Source of the DNA: Epithemia pelagica
Lineage: Eukaryota > Protista > Bacillariophyta
NCBI GenBank assembly: GCA_946965045.2
Contig: OX337231.1
Location: 3,410,001-3,474,000, forward strand
Length of the DNA: 64,000 bases
Reading direction: 5' to 3'
Shown: piece by piece, positions 1 through 12,440 of the stretch
Layout of the letters: each line of letters opens with the position of its first letter
Numbering within the stretch: position 1 is the stretch's first letter
Made by a program: the position numbers and the translations under genes
Notes under the pieces: generated by a model
Database searches by the model: none
Seen by the model: only the letters and a program-made list of their open reading frames with translations
Told to the model about the DNA's origin: nothing

Positions 1-852
1 GCCCACGGCATACAAGAGACACCACTCGCCCGGTTGAATCAAGTTGGCATGAGCCGACGACACGAGGTACTGTGCCGTCAAGCCTTGAATCATACAGGCC
101 ACGGCCAGGTCCAATTCCAGGTCGTCGGGGACGGGCACGAGTTTGTTGCGAGGAACCAAGGTGTATTCCGCATAGGATCCAAACGCCATGTACACAACCC
201 GGTCACCCACCTTGGGAAACGCCGTGTCCTTGTCGTCGTCGTCAGCGTCATTGGGATGCATGGCCACGACGGTGCCTCCTCCTTCTTGTCCACCGACAAA
301 GGGCAATTCTTGTTTATACAAGCCTTTGCGAAAATACGTGTCAATAAAGTTGAGACCGGAATACGTGTTGTGGACCAAGACATGGCCAGGTTTCAAGGTG
401 GGTACGGCATAGTCGGTTTCGTACTGTAACACATTGGCATTGCCCAATTCGCGAACCACAACCGCCTTCATGGTCTCTGGAATTGTCGTTGTCGTTGTCG
501 AATCCGTCATGGTGGTGGTGGACAGGAACCGTTGGCTTGGTGAAACTGTTGCTTGTTGGAAAGCGCGTAGAGAAAGGGCCTTGAAACGCTGGCTCCACGG
601 TACCCGCAAGGACTGTGATGTTGTTCTTCTTGTTGGACAAGAAGTGGCACTAGAAAATAAGGAGCGCCCAGTAGGAACTACAAAGGCTGCCCAATTCTTG
701 GTGTGGGTTGTTGGGGCACAATAGGTTGCCTCCTTGTAGGAATGACCGGCACAACCAGTTGCGGCGGCGGCTGCTGGAACCAAAGAGCCAAGTCTCCAAC
801 CCTTGCTCGGATGCAGCAAGGACAAGAACAACAACGAACCTCCTTTTCTCAT
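1..852 (-). CDS. NADPH:quinone oxidoreductase (zeta-crystallin/MDR family), 5' part; runs off the left edge
   Basis: Manual translation of the minus strand (not in the ORF track because there is no stop in the window) is open from ATG at 852 to base 1. It reads ...IPETMKAVVVRELGNANVLQYE...VLVHNTYSGLNFIDTYFRKGLY...PFVGGQEGGGTVV...VGDRVVYMAFGSYAEYTLVP...AVACMIQGLTAQYL, the typical QOR N-terminal GroES-like domain, after a ~120-aa Ser/Thr/Arg/Ala-rich presequence. Confidence 0.9.
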   Translation of the reverse strand, partial: MRKGGSLLFLSLLHPSKGWRLGSLVPAAAAATGCAGHSYKEATYCAPTTHTKNWAAFVVPTGRSLFSSATSCPTRRTTSQSLRVPWSQRFKALSLRAFQQATVSPSQRFLSTTTMTDSTTTTTIPETMKAVVVRELGNANVLQYETDYAVPTLKPGHVLVHNTYSGLNFIDTYFRKGLYKQELPFVGGQEGGGTVVAMHPNDADDDDKDTAFPKVGDRVVYMAFGSYAEYTLVPRNKLVPVPDDLELDLAVACMIQGLTAQYLVSSAHANLIQPGEWCLLYAVG

Positions 853-1498
853 TCAGAAAAACAATCCGAACACAACTCAAGCATGAGAGCCATCGAGAGA
901 AAGATCACATTTTTTCACCAAAAGATTTTTTCGATTCGCAAGCGCGACCGAAATCATTGTCACGACTCACGATTCACGACTCTACTATTTAAGCTATCGA
1001 AACGACACTGGTGCCGATGTGGAGTAGCTAGGAGTAGCAACGAATGCTCTGGCCTATAAAATCAAAACTATAGATATCATGCCATGGATCACTTTGTCTT
1101 TCGCAAACGAACCAACATTGGACGGAGAAACGAGAGACAGCGTGTGAGAAACCAGCAGAGAACGCACGTTCTCCGTTTCTGCTCCATTCCAAGGGACTGG
1201 GAATCCACTCATTTGGGTTTCATTCGATCCATTCCATATCCATTGGGACTGTTTGCTTCTCTTTTGTAGGAACAATAGCCGTGAAGTGCCTTTGCACACA
1301 ACACGGGGAGGAGGTAGAGAGAGCCACATGGGCAGTCGTTGCGTATGGTTGGTAGGAGTATGTGGCACAAGCAAGTACGTCGTCAAACTTCCTCACACAT
1401 GCTCACAAGATTATGGGCAACAACATGCATTCCAAACGAAAACACTTTGGGTCCTCCTTTATCTTTGGGGTTTGGATCCACGAAAAGGATCACCACCG

Positions 1499-1516
1499 TC
1501 TCTCTCTCTCTCTCTC
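1499..1516. repeat. (TC)n microsatellite
   Basis: tctctctctctctctctc in the intergenic region just past the stop of the 2OG oxygenase gene. Confidence 0.8.
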
Positions 1517-1563
1517 TTTTCTATACGGCACAACCGACTCCCGGGTCAGGGAACAAAGAAGAA

Positions 1564-3108
1564 TTAGGACCGTTGGACTTGATTCCACTTGTCGTCCAGT
1601 ACTTGTTGCAAGGGAGTGTGCATCATGTCCTGAAGCTGTTGGGTCACACTACTCGTTAAAGGAGGAGTAGAAGTAGTAGAAGAAGGACTGCTCGCGGCCT
1701 GGTTGTGCAAGAGGGAATAATCGTCCAAGACCAAACACCTCCTTGTTGTTCGTGGCACGTCCCGGCAAGAAGGATGCGTGCAAGTCGTTGTTGTCATATC
1801 GGTCGTCGAGTCCTTGTTATTGTTGTCGTTGTTGTTGTGGTGTTGCAGATAGGTGGCCTGCGGTGTGTCGTGAGCCGCCTGTTGGAGTTGGGTTACCACT
1901 TGCGCCAAGGAGTGGTGCGGTGGTGGATAGGCAAAATAAACCAACGAGACACGAGGTTCTTGTGGTTCTTGTTGTGGTTGGGATTGTTGTTGGGGAGAGA
2001 CGACGCGATGGCGGGGAGACGGCCACGACACGTGGAGTGCCGCGTCGTCGTGTTTGTGTTGTGCGTCGTCCGGATGCTGCGGGTCCGTGGTGGTACGGAG
2101 CGTGGGTGCCGCCGCGGCCAACCCCAAGGCCAAACTGGTCAAGTCACTGACATGAACGACAAAGAAAAGTTTGTCCTTTGCATGGATGGTACATGACGGA
2201 GCAATGGGATTCCAGGTACGACAGGCGTGACAGTAGGTTTCCAATCCACCCACATCGTCTTGCCAAACGACAGTCCAGGATCCCCAATCGGAATGCGGAC
2301 TGGACCCCAAGACAACGTTGTCGTCGTCGGCGTCTTTGGGTGGCGGCACGGTGTGATAGAAAAAGGCGCGCAACAAATCCATGCTACAAGAATGGTCCCC
2401 GTGGTCGGTCTGGGTGTCTGGTTGGTGGTGGTCGTTTGGTTCCTCGCACAATAAAACATTGGGAGGCAATTCCAAGGTTTGACGGACCGTGGTGGCAATT
2501 TGATGCAACAATTGAATCCAATCGTACAAGACGAGCGACTCGTGGTCCCAATCGTTGTTGAAATTGCGGTTGTTGTTGTTGTGGTTGGGTTCCACTATCA
2601 GCGTCGTCGACAACGACAGGAATCGCCGCGACACTTCCCACGATTCCTTGGGTTCCACCTGCAAACTCGTGGCCGATCCACTTTCGGCTTGACGGTAGAT
2701 ACCACCGGGAATTTTCGTCCTGAAAGAGTCCGTGTTGTCGTTGTCAGTGTCGTCTTGTGGTCCTGTACTCGTTTTGGCAAAGAGATTCCAGAGCATGGAT
2801 TTCCAGTGGCTGGCATGATCCTGGTTCTTTTTCCACAAGCGTGGGGACAGGGCATGAGGAACCTGTGGGGACGACGACGACGACGGGGAATCGGCCCGAA
2901 CCAGAGCCAATGGATCCAATTGCACCACGGCCCATCCAAAATGGGACAAGATTCGAGCCAATCGAGACGAGTTCTTGTTGTTCTTGTTGTTCATTGTGGT
3001 AGAAGCATAATTGTCGCGAATTCCCAAAGATTCTTGAAACTCGTGCGTGAGATCGATTGTGGCCTCGGCCCTGTCGTGACAACAGGTACACACTCGGCGC
3101 TTTGTCAT
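1564..3108 (-). CDS. 2-oxoglutarate/Fe(II)-dependent dioxygenase (IPNS/2OG-FeII_Oxy family)
   Basis: ORF 1564..3258 (GTG start; first ATG at 3108). Motifs: LLRAFFY, GSSPHSDWGSWTVVWQDDVGGLE (HxD), RHRV (distal His), RVSLVYF (RxS), with low-complexity insertions. Confidence 0.85.
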   Translation of the reverse strand: MTKRRVCTCCHDRAEATIDLTHEFQESLGIRDNYASTTMNNKNNKNSSRLARILSHFGWAVVQLDPLALVRADSPSSSSSPQVPHALSPRLWKKNQDHASHWKSMLWNLFAKTSTGPQDDTDNDNTDSFRTKIPGGIYRQAESGSATSLQVEPKESWEVSRRFLSLSTTLIVEPNHNNNNRNFNNDWDHESLVLYDWIQLLHQIATTVRQTLELPPNVLLCEEPNDHHQPDTQTDHGDHSCSMDLLRAFFYHTVPPPKDADDDNVVLGSSPHSDWGSWTVVWQDDVGGLETYCHACRTWNPIAPSCTIHAKDKLFFVVHVSDLTSLALGLAAAAPTLRTTTDPQHPDDAQHKHDDAALHVSWPSPRHRVVSPQQQSQPQQEPQEPRVSLVYFAYPPPHHSLAQVVTQLQQAAHDTPQATYLQHHNNNDNNNKDSTTDMTTTTCTHPSCRDVPRTTRRCLVLDDYSLLHNQAASSPSSTTSTPPLTSSVTQQLQDMMHTPLQQVLDDKWNQVQRS

Positions 3109-4082
3109 CTTCTTGCTAGTAGTTGTAGTGTCGTTTTTGGGACCTCCCTTGTCCGAACCACTCCACAACAACACAGAAACCCAACCCACCACAACCCGAG
3201 AGAATACAACAACAAGACGAGAACCTCTACGATCGTTCTTGACAGTCAGTGCCCCCACAAAAGATCTCTATTTTGACATCTCTCTTGTTCTGCGTGGGAT
3301 CTTTTCTTGGAGAATGGGTGGGATGGCACTCGGAAGGGAGGCCGACTAGGGTTTTGTGCGATTCACCAAAATTTTACTCTTGAAATCCATTGGGACAATT
3401 GACTGGCGCGGACTCGGCCCTCCCCGAAAGCGACCCAGGGCAATACAGTAGCGAGGGTCGTGCTCGCAAAAAAGTGGGGTCGCCTCGCCCATACACATCG
3501 CACCGAACAAAGCCCCTGCGTCCACCCCACACGAACCAACTCGTGTGGAGAGATAACTCCATATCGTTCGCTCTCTCTATTGTTGTTGTGGCTGTTCCCT
3601 TTTGTTGTGGAGAGGACCCAATCGATAGTGTCTCGTCCAACTCCACGCAACAACAAGCAACACCAGAACAAACGACAGAAAGAGAAAAAAGGAGTGAGAG
3701 GCAGTCTCTTTTGTTGTGTCTTGGTCTTTTGTTTGGACTCGCTCTCGTCGGACGATTTGCCTGCTCTGGGGAGAAGAGGTGCAAGAAAAAAGTCCGCGAA
3801 GCAACACAGACAGTGACTGGAGTTGTGGTGGAACACAAAATCAAGAGACCACTCAACACAACAACCACCATAAAGGGAGGAGAGAGTACAGAGTATCGAG
3901 CAAGAGAGAAATGATTGCAGTGGAAGCGAATCATTACCTGTTGTGAGAGAGATTGGAAAAAAAGCAGTGTTGGAGAGAGGCATCTTCTTGTTGTGGAGAG
4001 TGGGTGATTGGTTCGTCTTGTCCTGTGGATTGGTGGTGTTGCACCTCTGCCAAGAAACGAGACGTCCCTCTGGTTGTGGTCC

Positions 4083-7000
4083 ATGAACGTGACGCCACAC
4101 CAACCAAACAAGAACCACCAAAAAACGAAACAGAAGAACAAGACGGTCGTGTCTTGGTCCAACGACATTTCGGTCGACGATCCGTTGCCCGAATACACGC
4201 TCGGACCGTCAGTGTCCTTTCGATCGCACGAGAGTCAGGACGACGAAGAAGAATCACGCATCTCGACGCCCTCCTTGCCAACAAAACTACCGTCGTCCTA
4301 CAATTACGAAACCAGTGTCCCCTTTGCTACCACACCAACCACCACTAGTAGTATCAGCAGCAGTAGCAGTGCCAATCACATGGTGTGGAAACGCAAACAA
4401 CATCCCCGACGGTCCAGTCGGACGGGCAGTGGGACCGTGTCGGTGGCCAGCAGCAATCCCAGTAGTAGTACCAGTACCACCACACCCACTGTTGGCAACA
4501 GCCACAAACCAACCAACACGAGCAGCCAAACACCGCCGCCCAAGAATCGTCGATGGTCCTCGCGAGGTCGCAATGGTGGCCGTAATGGTGGTGGTGGTGG
4601 CGATGGCAATGCGTCCGATGCCTCGGGATCCTCCCTCCGGCGACGCCGGCAACAATCGTCGTCCAAGGCTGCTGCATCCTCGTTGGTTGTTTTGGAACCC
4701 GTCTCGCCACGTCGAAACAACAACACTACAAATGCCAACACGAACAATTCTTCCTGGGAACCCTTTGACGAGTCCGGTTCGGCCTTTGCGGGTACTACCA
4801 ACGGACCATCGTGGCAAAGAACGGCCAATACCAATCCTCCGGTCCAAGAACGCAATCCCAAGGCCTCCTTCTTTTACCCCGAACAAGCACCCCACCGACG
4901 CACCAGTCATCGGACCCTGTCCCACCAACCACAAGAGGACGATGACCAGGACGATGACGATCGTCCCTTGTACGAAACCCCCTACAAACAACCACAACAG
5001 CAGCAACCATCCCAAGGAGTGGCCGCTACGACACCTTCGACTACTGCCTCGTCCTTTTCCACAGCTTCCACGACCACCCCCACGAGCAGCAGTCATGCGT
5101 CTCCGGGACACCGTCGGACGTACAGTGGTACCTCGTCCACCTCGTCCGCCTCGACTCCCATGATGCCCTTGACGTCCACCTTTGTGGCTTCCACCACCGA
5201 TCGCACCGATGCTTCGGTCACCACGTCGTCGTCGCAGTCGCAACAATCGTCCGTGGTGTCGTCGTCCGATGTCTCGCACTTGTTGACACCCCCCGTGCCC
5301 GAAGATCGCAGTGAACGACGACGATTGGCCTATGAAAGTCAAAAACGACAAAAAGCGGCACGATCTTCTACTTTTAGCCAAGGTTCGTCCAAAAGTGGCA
5401 GCCGCAGCAGTGTCTACGATGGCGAACTGGAACCGGAAGGAGTCCGCGGACAAGAAGCCGAACCCGTGCCCGTCTCGTCTACTTCGTCGTTGTCCTCCAA
5501 CTTGCCCAATTTGCGAACCTTTGGACCGTCATCGTCATCGACAAATGGTGGAACCAGTGGCAACCAAGTGACGCTCTTGTTGACACCCATGTCGTCGTCG
5601 TCCAAACCCGTCTTGGGGAGTGGGGGTGGCCGAGACGCCATGCGGTCGCCTCCTCCTCCACCACCACCAACCACCCCTCCTTCCTCCTCCTTGCAATGGT
5701 CCCCCGTGTCCCAATGGCCGCCACAGGAGGACGAGGACGACGACGCAACCAACCGCAACCACAACAACACGGGCAATGCACCACCACCCCATTCCCCGTC
5801 CCGACCATCCGCAATGTCACACCGCAAGACAATGGCCGCCGCCGATTCCTCATCGTCGTCTTCCACACGGCAAACACCAACGCGGCCCTTGCATCATGCC
5901 TCCCAATCACGACCCAAGCCCATTTTGCGCAATTCCGTGGCCACCTATCATCGTCAAGTTGTCATCCAAGCACCACCCTCGCCCAATTCCACCTCCTCCG
6001 ATGAAATGTTGGAAGAAATGCGATCCGATCTCATGCCACCACCCGAAGAAACAGACGAACAACAAAACGAAACGAGGAATACGACAACAAGAACAGCGAC
6101 GACACCGACGCGATCCACTCGATCGGCGGCACTGAGTCCTCGATCGCCCAGTCATCATCCCAGCACAGTCGCAGCGGCTGCGGCGGAAGCAGCCGCACGA
6201 GCCTTGGAACAGGGAGATGTGCGACAAGGACCCGCACCCACCCAGTGGCCCGACGACAACAACAACAACCACCAATCCTTGTCACCGAGTCGTCGAAAGC
6301 CCAGCAATGGAAATGACCAACAACAACAACCAGAGGAGGACGACGACGATGAAGAACCATTTGATGTGGATGAATGGAATCGATTGGCCATGCAAAATGT
6401 AGAACAGGGACACTATGAACAAGCCTTGGCCCGTTTCACCCGTGTTTTGGAATGGCAAACGGCCCAACATGGTCCCTTGCATCCCGCCGTCGCTTCGGCG
6501 CATCACAATTTGGGTACCGTCCATGCCAAACGGGCATCCGCTGCTCCCGACGACTCGGTGGTCCAACAAGAAGCGCACAAGTTGGCCTTGCATTCCTTTC
6601 AAGCTGCGGCACGAACGGCCCGAGATTCCCTTTCGCCGCAACATCCCAATGTCGCTGTCTCCTTGGTACGGATTGGATTTTTGCTCTTGCAGTCCAAACA
6701 ATACGACAATGCGGTCGTCACCTTTCGGGAAGCCCTACGGATTCGACAATTGGCCTATGGACCCAAACACGCCCTCGTGGCCAATTTGTACAACAATTTG
6801 GGAGTTTGTCAAATGCATTTGGGAGACTTTGAGCAGGGCAAACAAGATTTGGAACATGCCTTGGAGATTCAACGGGAATTGTTTGTCCTCAACGACAATG
6901 CCACGGCGCATTCCAATACCAGCGCCAGTGTCAATACGACGCTCTCCAGTGCCTCGAAACTGACACAGTCGCTGGAAATTGCCGACACGCTCTTCAACAT

Positions 7001-10000
7001 TGGTGGCTTGTGTCTCGAATGGATCCGTAAACGCGGCCATGATTTGCGACGACAACAGGATGCCGAAGCGGCCTTTGAAGAAGCCTTGCTGGTACGTATG
7101 AAGCAAGAATAGTCAATGGAGACGGAATACAGAACCGCCTGTTTGCTAACACGTTCTCTTTTTTCTTTGGATTTACTCTTTGCTCATTGATTGTGATTCT
7201 AACGTTCTAGATTCGAACCGATGTCTTGGGACCGCAGGATGCCTTGACCATTCAGGTAAGAGATTTACTGGCAATGACTCAGTCCATTCCTAAACCAAGG
7301 CCCTTGTCCAGTGGCTCTTTTGATGGAACCAACGAAAAGGCCTTATCCAACAATGGCTATGAAATGGAGATGGTGGATCCGGAAGAAGTTTTGTCAGTTG
7401 AGTCTCCGGTTGTGCCAAAAAGTCGATCAGAGAAAACCACTCCTGAACGATCTTCCAGAAGAGCCCGTAGTTCTTCACGCGAACGACCAGAGACACCTCC
7501 CGACTTTGCAGACCGTGTCATGGGACAGCTTACAACCCATCCACCCGACACTTCAGACCGATACTCAATCCCCATTGCGCCAGAGCCAAACACCCCCAAT
7601 AGTAGACAGCGTTCGAGACCAGTGACACCTGTTTCACAGACAGAAGGCGTCTCCCCCCACAATGGGTTAACCATTGTCTCGCCAAGGCCATCCACTCCTA
7701 ATTCCGCTTCCAGGTCTACCTCGATGAACAGTCCATCGCGATCTCGATCTGGTACGCCTTCGCGCATGTCTCGTAGCGGCACCAAGAGTCCAGGAACACC
7801 AACAAGTCCAAGGAAGCGACGACTTTCGTCAACGACACCACAGTCTTTATCCGAAGCTTCGCTAAGCCCCGGGCGACAAATCTTTTGCGGCAAAGGTTCT
7901 GGCAAAACTTCCCTGGAAGCACGAACTTTGAGTACGGGCTCTTCGACTGTTAACAGCTCGAGTGTGAAATCTCCATCCGTTAGTGTTTCTCGAGCGCCGT
8001 CGACGCCTTCACGGAGTTCTCGAGATGCGGCCCAGAGAAGCATATTTGTGACGTTGAGCACAGAGCAAGAAGAAGAAGACGACGACGTCGAGAAACTTGA
8101 AACTACGGCCAAAAGTCCAGGCTCACGAAATGATCGCATGTTCCAGGAATTCCGCGACCTGGATGGTGTGCAATTATCTGATATGTATTCTGGTGGAGGT
8201 AACGCTGGTGGAACCGATCTGCAAAGAACTAACAGCAACGCCACCAAACCCCTACAATCCGAGCGATCCAGACGGAACCGTGCAAACGATTACCCGCCTC
8301 CCGTGAGTGTTGTGAATGTACGTAGTACAGGTGAAGAGCTGGAAGTATCTACACGAGGTACCAAAGTCTTTGTTCGACAGCACCATGTGCCGCTTTCTCC
8401 GGATCGACCCGACCATCATTCCCGCAATACCACTTCCGATGCTGTTGCAATGGAAGATAGCGGAGATCCGACCGATGAAACGGATCGATCGCCATTGCCC
8501 CAAAATACCTATCCCTTTGACACGGAAGAAAATTGCCTCATTGGAGATGCCGGCATTGACAGTGAATATGGCCGAGTGCATATACCATCGACATGGGCCA
8601 AGGCAGGTTTAGTATTGGATGAGGACGATCCAGACCAGAGACAACGGGAAATCATGGTGACACGACCATCACGAATTTCTGATTCGTCTCGCAGTCCAGA
8701 GCGTCGTTTGTCCCGAGAACCACCAAAGGATCGCGAACGAACCAGTAGTCCGCGTGAAGTACGAGAATATGATACTGGCAACAAGGAACGAGATGAAATC
8801 ATGAGAAGAGCCAAGGCTTTTATCGAGGCGTACAAGCAAATGGAGAAAACCGACAATGACCCGTCTTCTTTGATGCGTACCGAATCAACGAATGAAGACA
8901 CAAATGTGACTGAAAGTGACTCTGTGGAAGACTCTCTCCAAGCTGAAGATGGCCTAGCAAAACTCGGCGGTGATTGGATCTCATCCCCTTCGCGACGACA
9001 ATGCACAATGGAAGAAATGCAATCTAGTCCTAAAACGTTCTTGCCAGAAATTTACGAAGAAGCGTGCATAAGATTGAAACGTGACGATGTTGATGGTGCT
9101 CTGCCGTTGTTCAATATCATTTTGGAATGTCAAAAAGAACGATACGGAGCAGTGCACGAACACACTGCTTCTGCACTCTACAATCTCGGTATTGCCCACT
9201 TGAGAGTCCAACATGGTGAAGAGGCTCTTGAAGCCTTTGAAGAAGCGACCCAGGTACGAAGAGCTCTACTTGGACGAGAACACCCGTCCATCGCCGTGAC
9301 GCTCGTAAAGGTTGGGATCACAAATCTCCTTTTGCATCGATTCGAGGAGGCATTGTGGAATTTCCGTGAAGCCCTTTCCGTACGGAAACGTGCCCTTGGC
9401 CCTCTTCACCCCTCAACGGCACGAATCTACAACAACATTGGCTGTGTCCATGTGGAATTCAACGAACTGCGGGAAGCTCGTCGTGCCTTTGAAACCGCCC
9501 TGGAAATACAGCGGAACGCCTTGAGCGATGATCCAGACAGCCGAGGAATCATGCTTGCAACAGCAACGACTCTTTGCAATCTTGGTTATCTTTATCGACA
9601 CCGCGAACTTCATGGGAAAGCGGCTCTTGTATTAAAAGAAGCCGCCGATCTGCAAGAGCAAGTACTGGGGAGGTCGAACCCGTCCGTCCTCTCCACCCTG
9701 GATTGTTTGGCCGATTCCTCTGCCAGTGGTGGTCAGACAACCGATGCGCTCCGCTATTTCAACATGATTCTGACACGATATCGCGTGGGTGGCGCTCCAG
9801 GAAGTCAGACGGTGCTACGAGCCGAAGCGGTGCTCTTGTACAAAATGAGCCGGGTGCATCGGCAACGAAACGACAGGGAATCTCAGCTGGACACGCTGAA
9901 ATTGGCGTTACGATCCGTTCGTGCTCTGGCGGATGCAGGACCTACCCGAAAGGACGCTTTGGAGAGGAGGATTGTGTACGATATGCGTTCTTGTCGCGAA

Positions 10001-10033
10001 CACATGGACAAGAACAAGATGAAATGGATTTAG
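4083..10033 (+). CDS. Large TPR-repeat protein (~1,943 aa; kinesin-light-chain/NPHP3-like TPRs), two exons
   Basis: Exons 4083-7091 and 7211-10033. The intron GTACGT...TTCTAG (7092-7210) joins AFEEALL to IRTDVLGPQD in frame, completing a TPR. There are two TPR clusters (HPAVASAHHNLG, HPNVAVSLVRIG, ANLYNNLG; HEHTASALYNLG, HPSTARIYNNIG), each preceded by a long Ser/Thr/Pro-rich disordered region. Confidence 0.85.
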
Positions 10034-10482
10034 AGCGAGCGAAACAGACACATTCTGTAATGTCATGTCATATCCTATATGTACTACTGCTTATAAACTA
10101 AACATGTTTGGGGTTATCATCATGATATCTTTCATAGTAGCTATAGACGCCCTTCTCCCCCAGAAGAGTTGTCATCCCAGATCGGCAATGGACACGGAAA
10201 TCTTTCCTCTATGGCTGTACCCGCGGTGACAAAAGCACACATGGAAGCCACGGATCATGAACGGATGGAAAAAGAGAAGTTGCAAAGAGTATCAACCAAT
10301 TTTTTGATGGTCAAGGCCGCAGGCTGCATCGATCCTAGTGCCCTATCTACGTTGATCTTCAAGTTGTTCTTCTGTAGGTAGCAAAATGTAAAATAACTTT
10401 CCCCTTTACGTACTAGAAAAGCAACAAGCCCATACAGGATAACTACAAACTTGCGCGCGCCCACCCATCGTCATTGTTCCTC

Positions 10483-12054
10483 TCACCCTCCACACCCAAA
10501 GAACCGACGAAATAATTCGTCGCCGGCCGTCGCTTGAGGAGTCACAGACTCTTCCCGATAGTCTTCCACGGAATATTGTTGTGGTTCGTACGAGCTGCAG
10601 CTCAAGACATGCGACACGGCGGCTCCCAACACGGCAATTGTGTCGTCGTCGGCAAATTCCGACTGTGTCGTATAGACGCTGCGGGGAGTGACCTCTTTTC
10701 CCCCAAAATAGGTGACGGATCCATCGCCTCCATAGGTCGTGTAGGATGCATTGTCGTCGTCCTCGTCGTCTGCGTCCAACAAGGACATTTCCCGAGAGCC
10801 CGCGCCGGTGGCATGCGAGGTGGCACTGGAAAAGACGGAATGGAGCGGTGAGGCAACCAATGAACTACTGCTACTTGCTTGTGGACGAGGATATCCCCGT
10901 ATGTCGCTTGTGGATTTGGGTTGTTGCAAGGGGACATGCACTACGGGTTTCAGATTCATTTGACCCTTGATGCTTTGGTCTCGTACCAAGGGCGTCCCTC
11001 CATTCCCTCGGTAGTCATGGTAGTTTGGTTCTTGTGTTTCTTGTTCCTTGTCTTTTCTCGTCTCTGGTACATCAAACTTGAGCTCAATGTCTTCCAGTTT
11101 ACCAACTTCGCCCATGGAGTGGCTCGAGGAGGAGGATCTTTGATTCATCCCATCCATTCTTGTGGTTTTTTCCAATGGCGTTGGACCTGCTGCCGAACGA
11201 GACTCCTTCACAATGGCAGCCGTCTCCTCGGATCTCGACTGCTCCAATGAGGTTTTGGCCGTCGTCAATGCTCGGTCGACGGCACGAATGTGCTGGGCAA
11301 TCGTTTTGTATTCTTGTTCCACCTGGTTCAAATCTTGCACCAGTAAATTTGCTTCGGACTGTTCCGCCTTGTTGTTGTTGTCGTCCAAGGGACGACCGGC
11401 CGAGGGATGTAAACTAAAGACGGTGGGTTTCGTCGTTGGACCCTTTGGTTGTTCCTCTGTCATGGTCGAACTGTCATTGGAAGCCGTCAATTGGGGACAG
11501 GCTTCCTCCAAGTCGTCGTCGTCTGGTTGTTCTTGTTGGTGCAATGTTTCGAGTGCCGCCAACGATGTGGTCATCATGGCTGCCGTATTGGCAAAGTCTC
11601 CATAGTCGTCGTCCTCCGTGTCATTGTCCACCGTGGCAAATTCAATCGACCCTTCAGTCGCCGTCGGTGAATCATGTCGTGGATGCTGCTGCTGCGTCGT
11701 GGGATCAAAATAACTGAGGGTATGATGAAAGGCATTGCTAAATTCTTCCGACAGAGATTCAGAAATGCTGGTGGCAAAGGTCAAGACGCCCGTCTTTTCG
11801 GTCGATGAACTCCGATTGACTCCTGGATAGGAAGACGGAAGCGGCTTTTTCGTCGTCGTGTGCTTGTTGTCCTTGTCTTCCATGGAGTCGTACCGGTTCA
11901 GTCCAGACCGTTTGTGCTTCATCATGCCAGCCGCCATGAAGCGTACCGATTCAAACATGCCAATGGACGACGTTGGATGCTCATTTTCCTTTTCGGCTTC
12001 CACAACCGGCCGATAGTCTTGCTGTTGGCGGTTCGACGAACCAAAGAGTTTCAT
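10483..12054 (-). CDS. Hypothetical low-complexity protein with a short coiled coil
   Basis: 599-codon ORF 10483..12282; likely start MKLFGSS at 12054. Coiled-coil-like LVQDLNQVEQEYKTIAQHIRAVDRALTTAKTSLEQ; no family recognised. Confidence 0.65.
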   Translation of the reverse strand: MKLFGSSNRQQQDYRPVVEAEKENEHPTSSIGMFESVRFMAAGMMKHKRSGLNRYDSMEDKDNKHTTTKKPLPSSYPGVNRSSSTEKTGVLTFATSISESLSEEFSNAFHHTLSYFDPTTQQQHPRHDSPTATEGSIEFATVDNDTEDDDYGDFANTAAMMTTSLAALETLHQQEQPDDDDLEEACPQLTASNDSSTMTEEQPKGPTTKPTVFSLHPSAGRPLDDNNNKAEQSEANLLVQDLNQVEQEYKTIAQHIRAVDRALTTAKTSLEQSRSEETAAIVKESRSAAGPTPLEKTTRMDGMNQRSSSSSHSMGEVGKLEDIELKFDVPETRKDKEQETQEPNYHDYRGNGGTPLVRDQSIKGQMNLKPVVHVPLQQPKSTSDIRGYPRPQASSSSSLVASPLHSVFSSATSHATGAGSREMSLLDADDEDDDNASYTTYGGDGSVTYFGGKEVTPRSVYTTQSEFADDDTIAVLGAAVSHVLSCSSYEPQQYSVEDYREESVTPQATAGDELFRRFFGCGG

Positions 12055-12440
12055 GATGATACTACTACTACCTACAATGCCGGAGGAGGAAATGGGTCCT
12101 TCCCGAGCAACAGCCAAAAGTGGTGTGGTCGTCTTGGTGGTGGTGACTTTCAAACGACGTTGTTGTTGGTGTGCACCCTCTATGTCATTCTTGTGTGTGT
12201 CGTTTGTTCTCTCTCGAATTTTATTTTGTGGGGATCGCCAAAATAATGTGAAGATCATCCGATGCCAGGTACTTCGAGTCAATCAGTACGGCGCGGCACG
12301 TTCCACATCACGGCGCGCTCGGGCGACTCATCATCACTTTTACGCGACTTATATCCGCGACTCATTGGTTGCACCAAGATCTCAAATCTCACTCTTCTTC
12401 TGCTGGACTCCACAATCACCCAGACCAAGTCTCTTTGGAC

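Noticed and set aside
3363-4198. Overlapping 250-275-aa minus-strand ORFs upstream of the TPR gene
   Set aside because: Low-complexity promoter/UTR sequence with non-ATG or implausible starts and no domain signal.
4287-5453. Long antisense and alternate-frame ORFs (also 2479..3276, 15473..16399, 34081..34896, 49563..50510, 55264..55917)
   Set aside because: Shadow ORFs of real genes, expected from codon bias and triplet-repeat low complexity.
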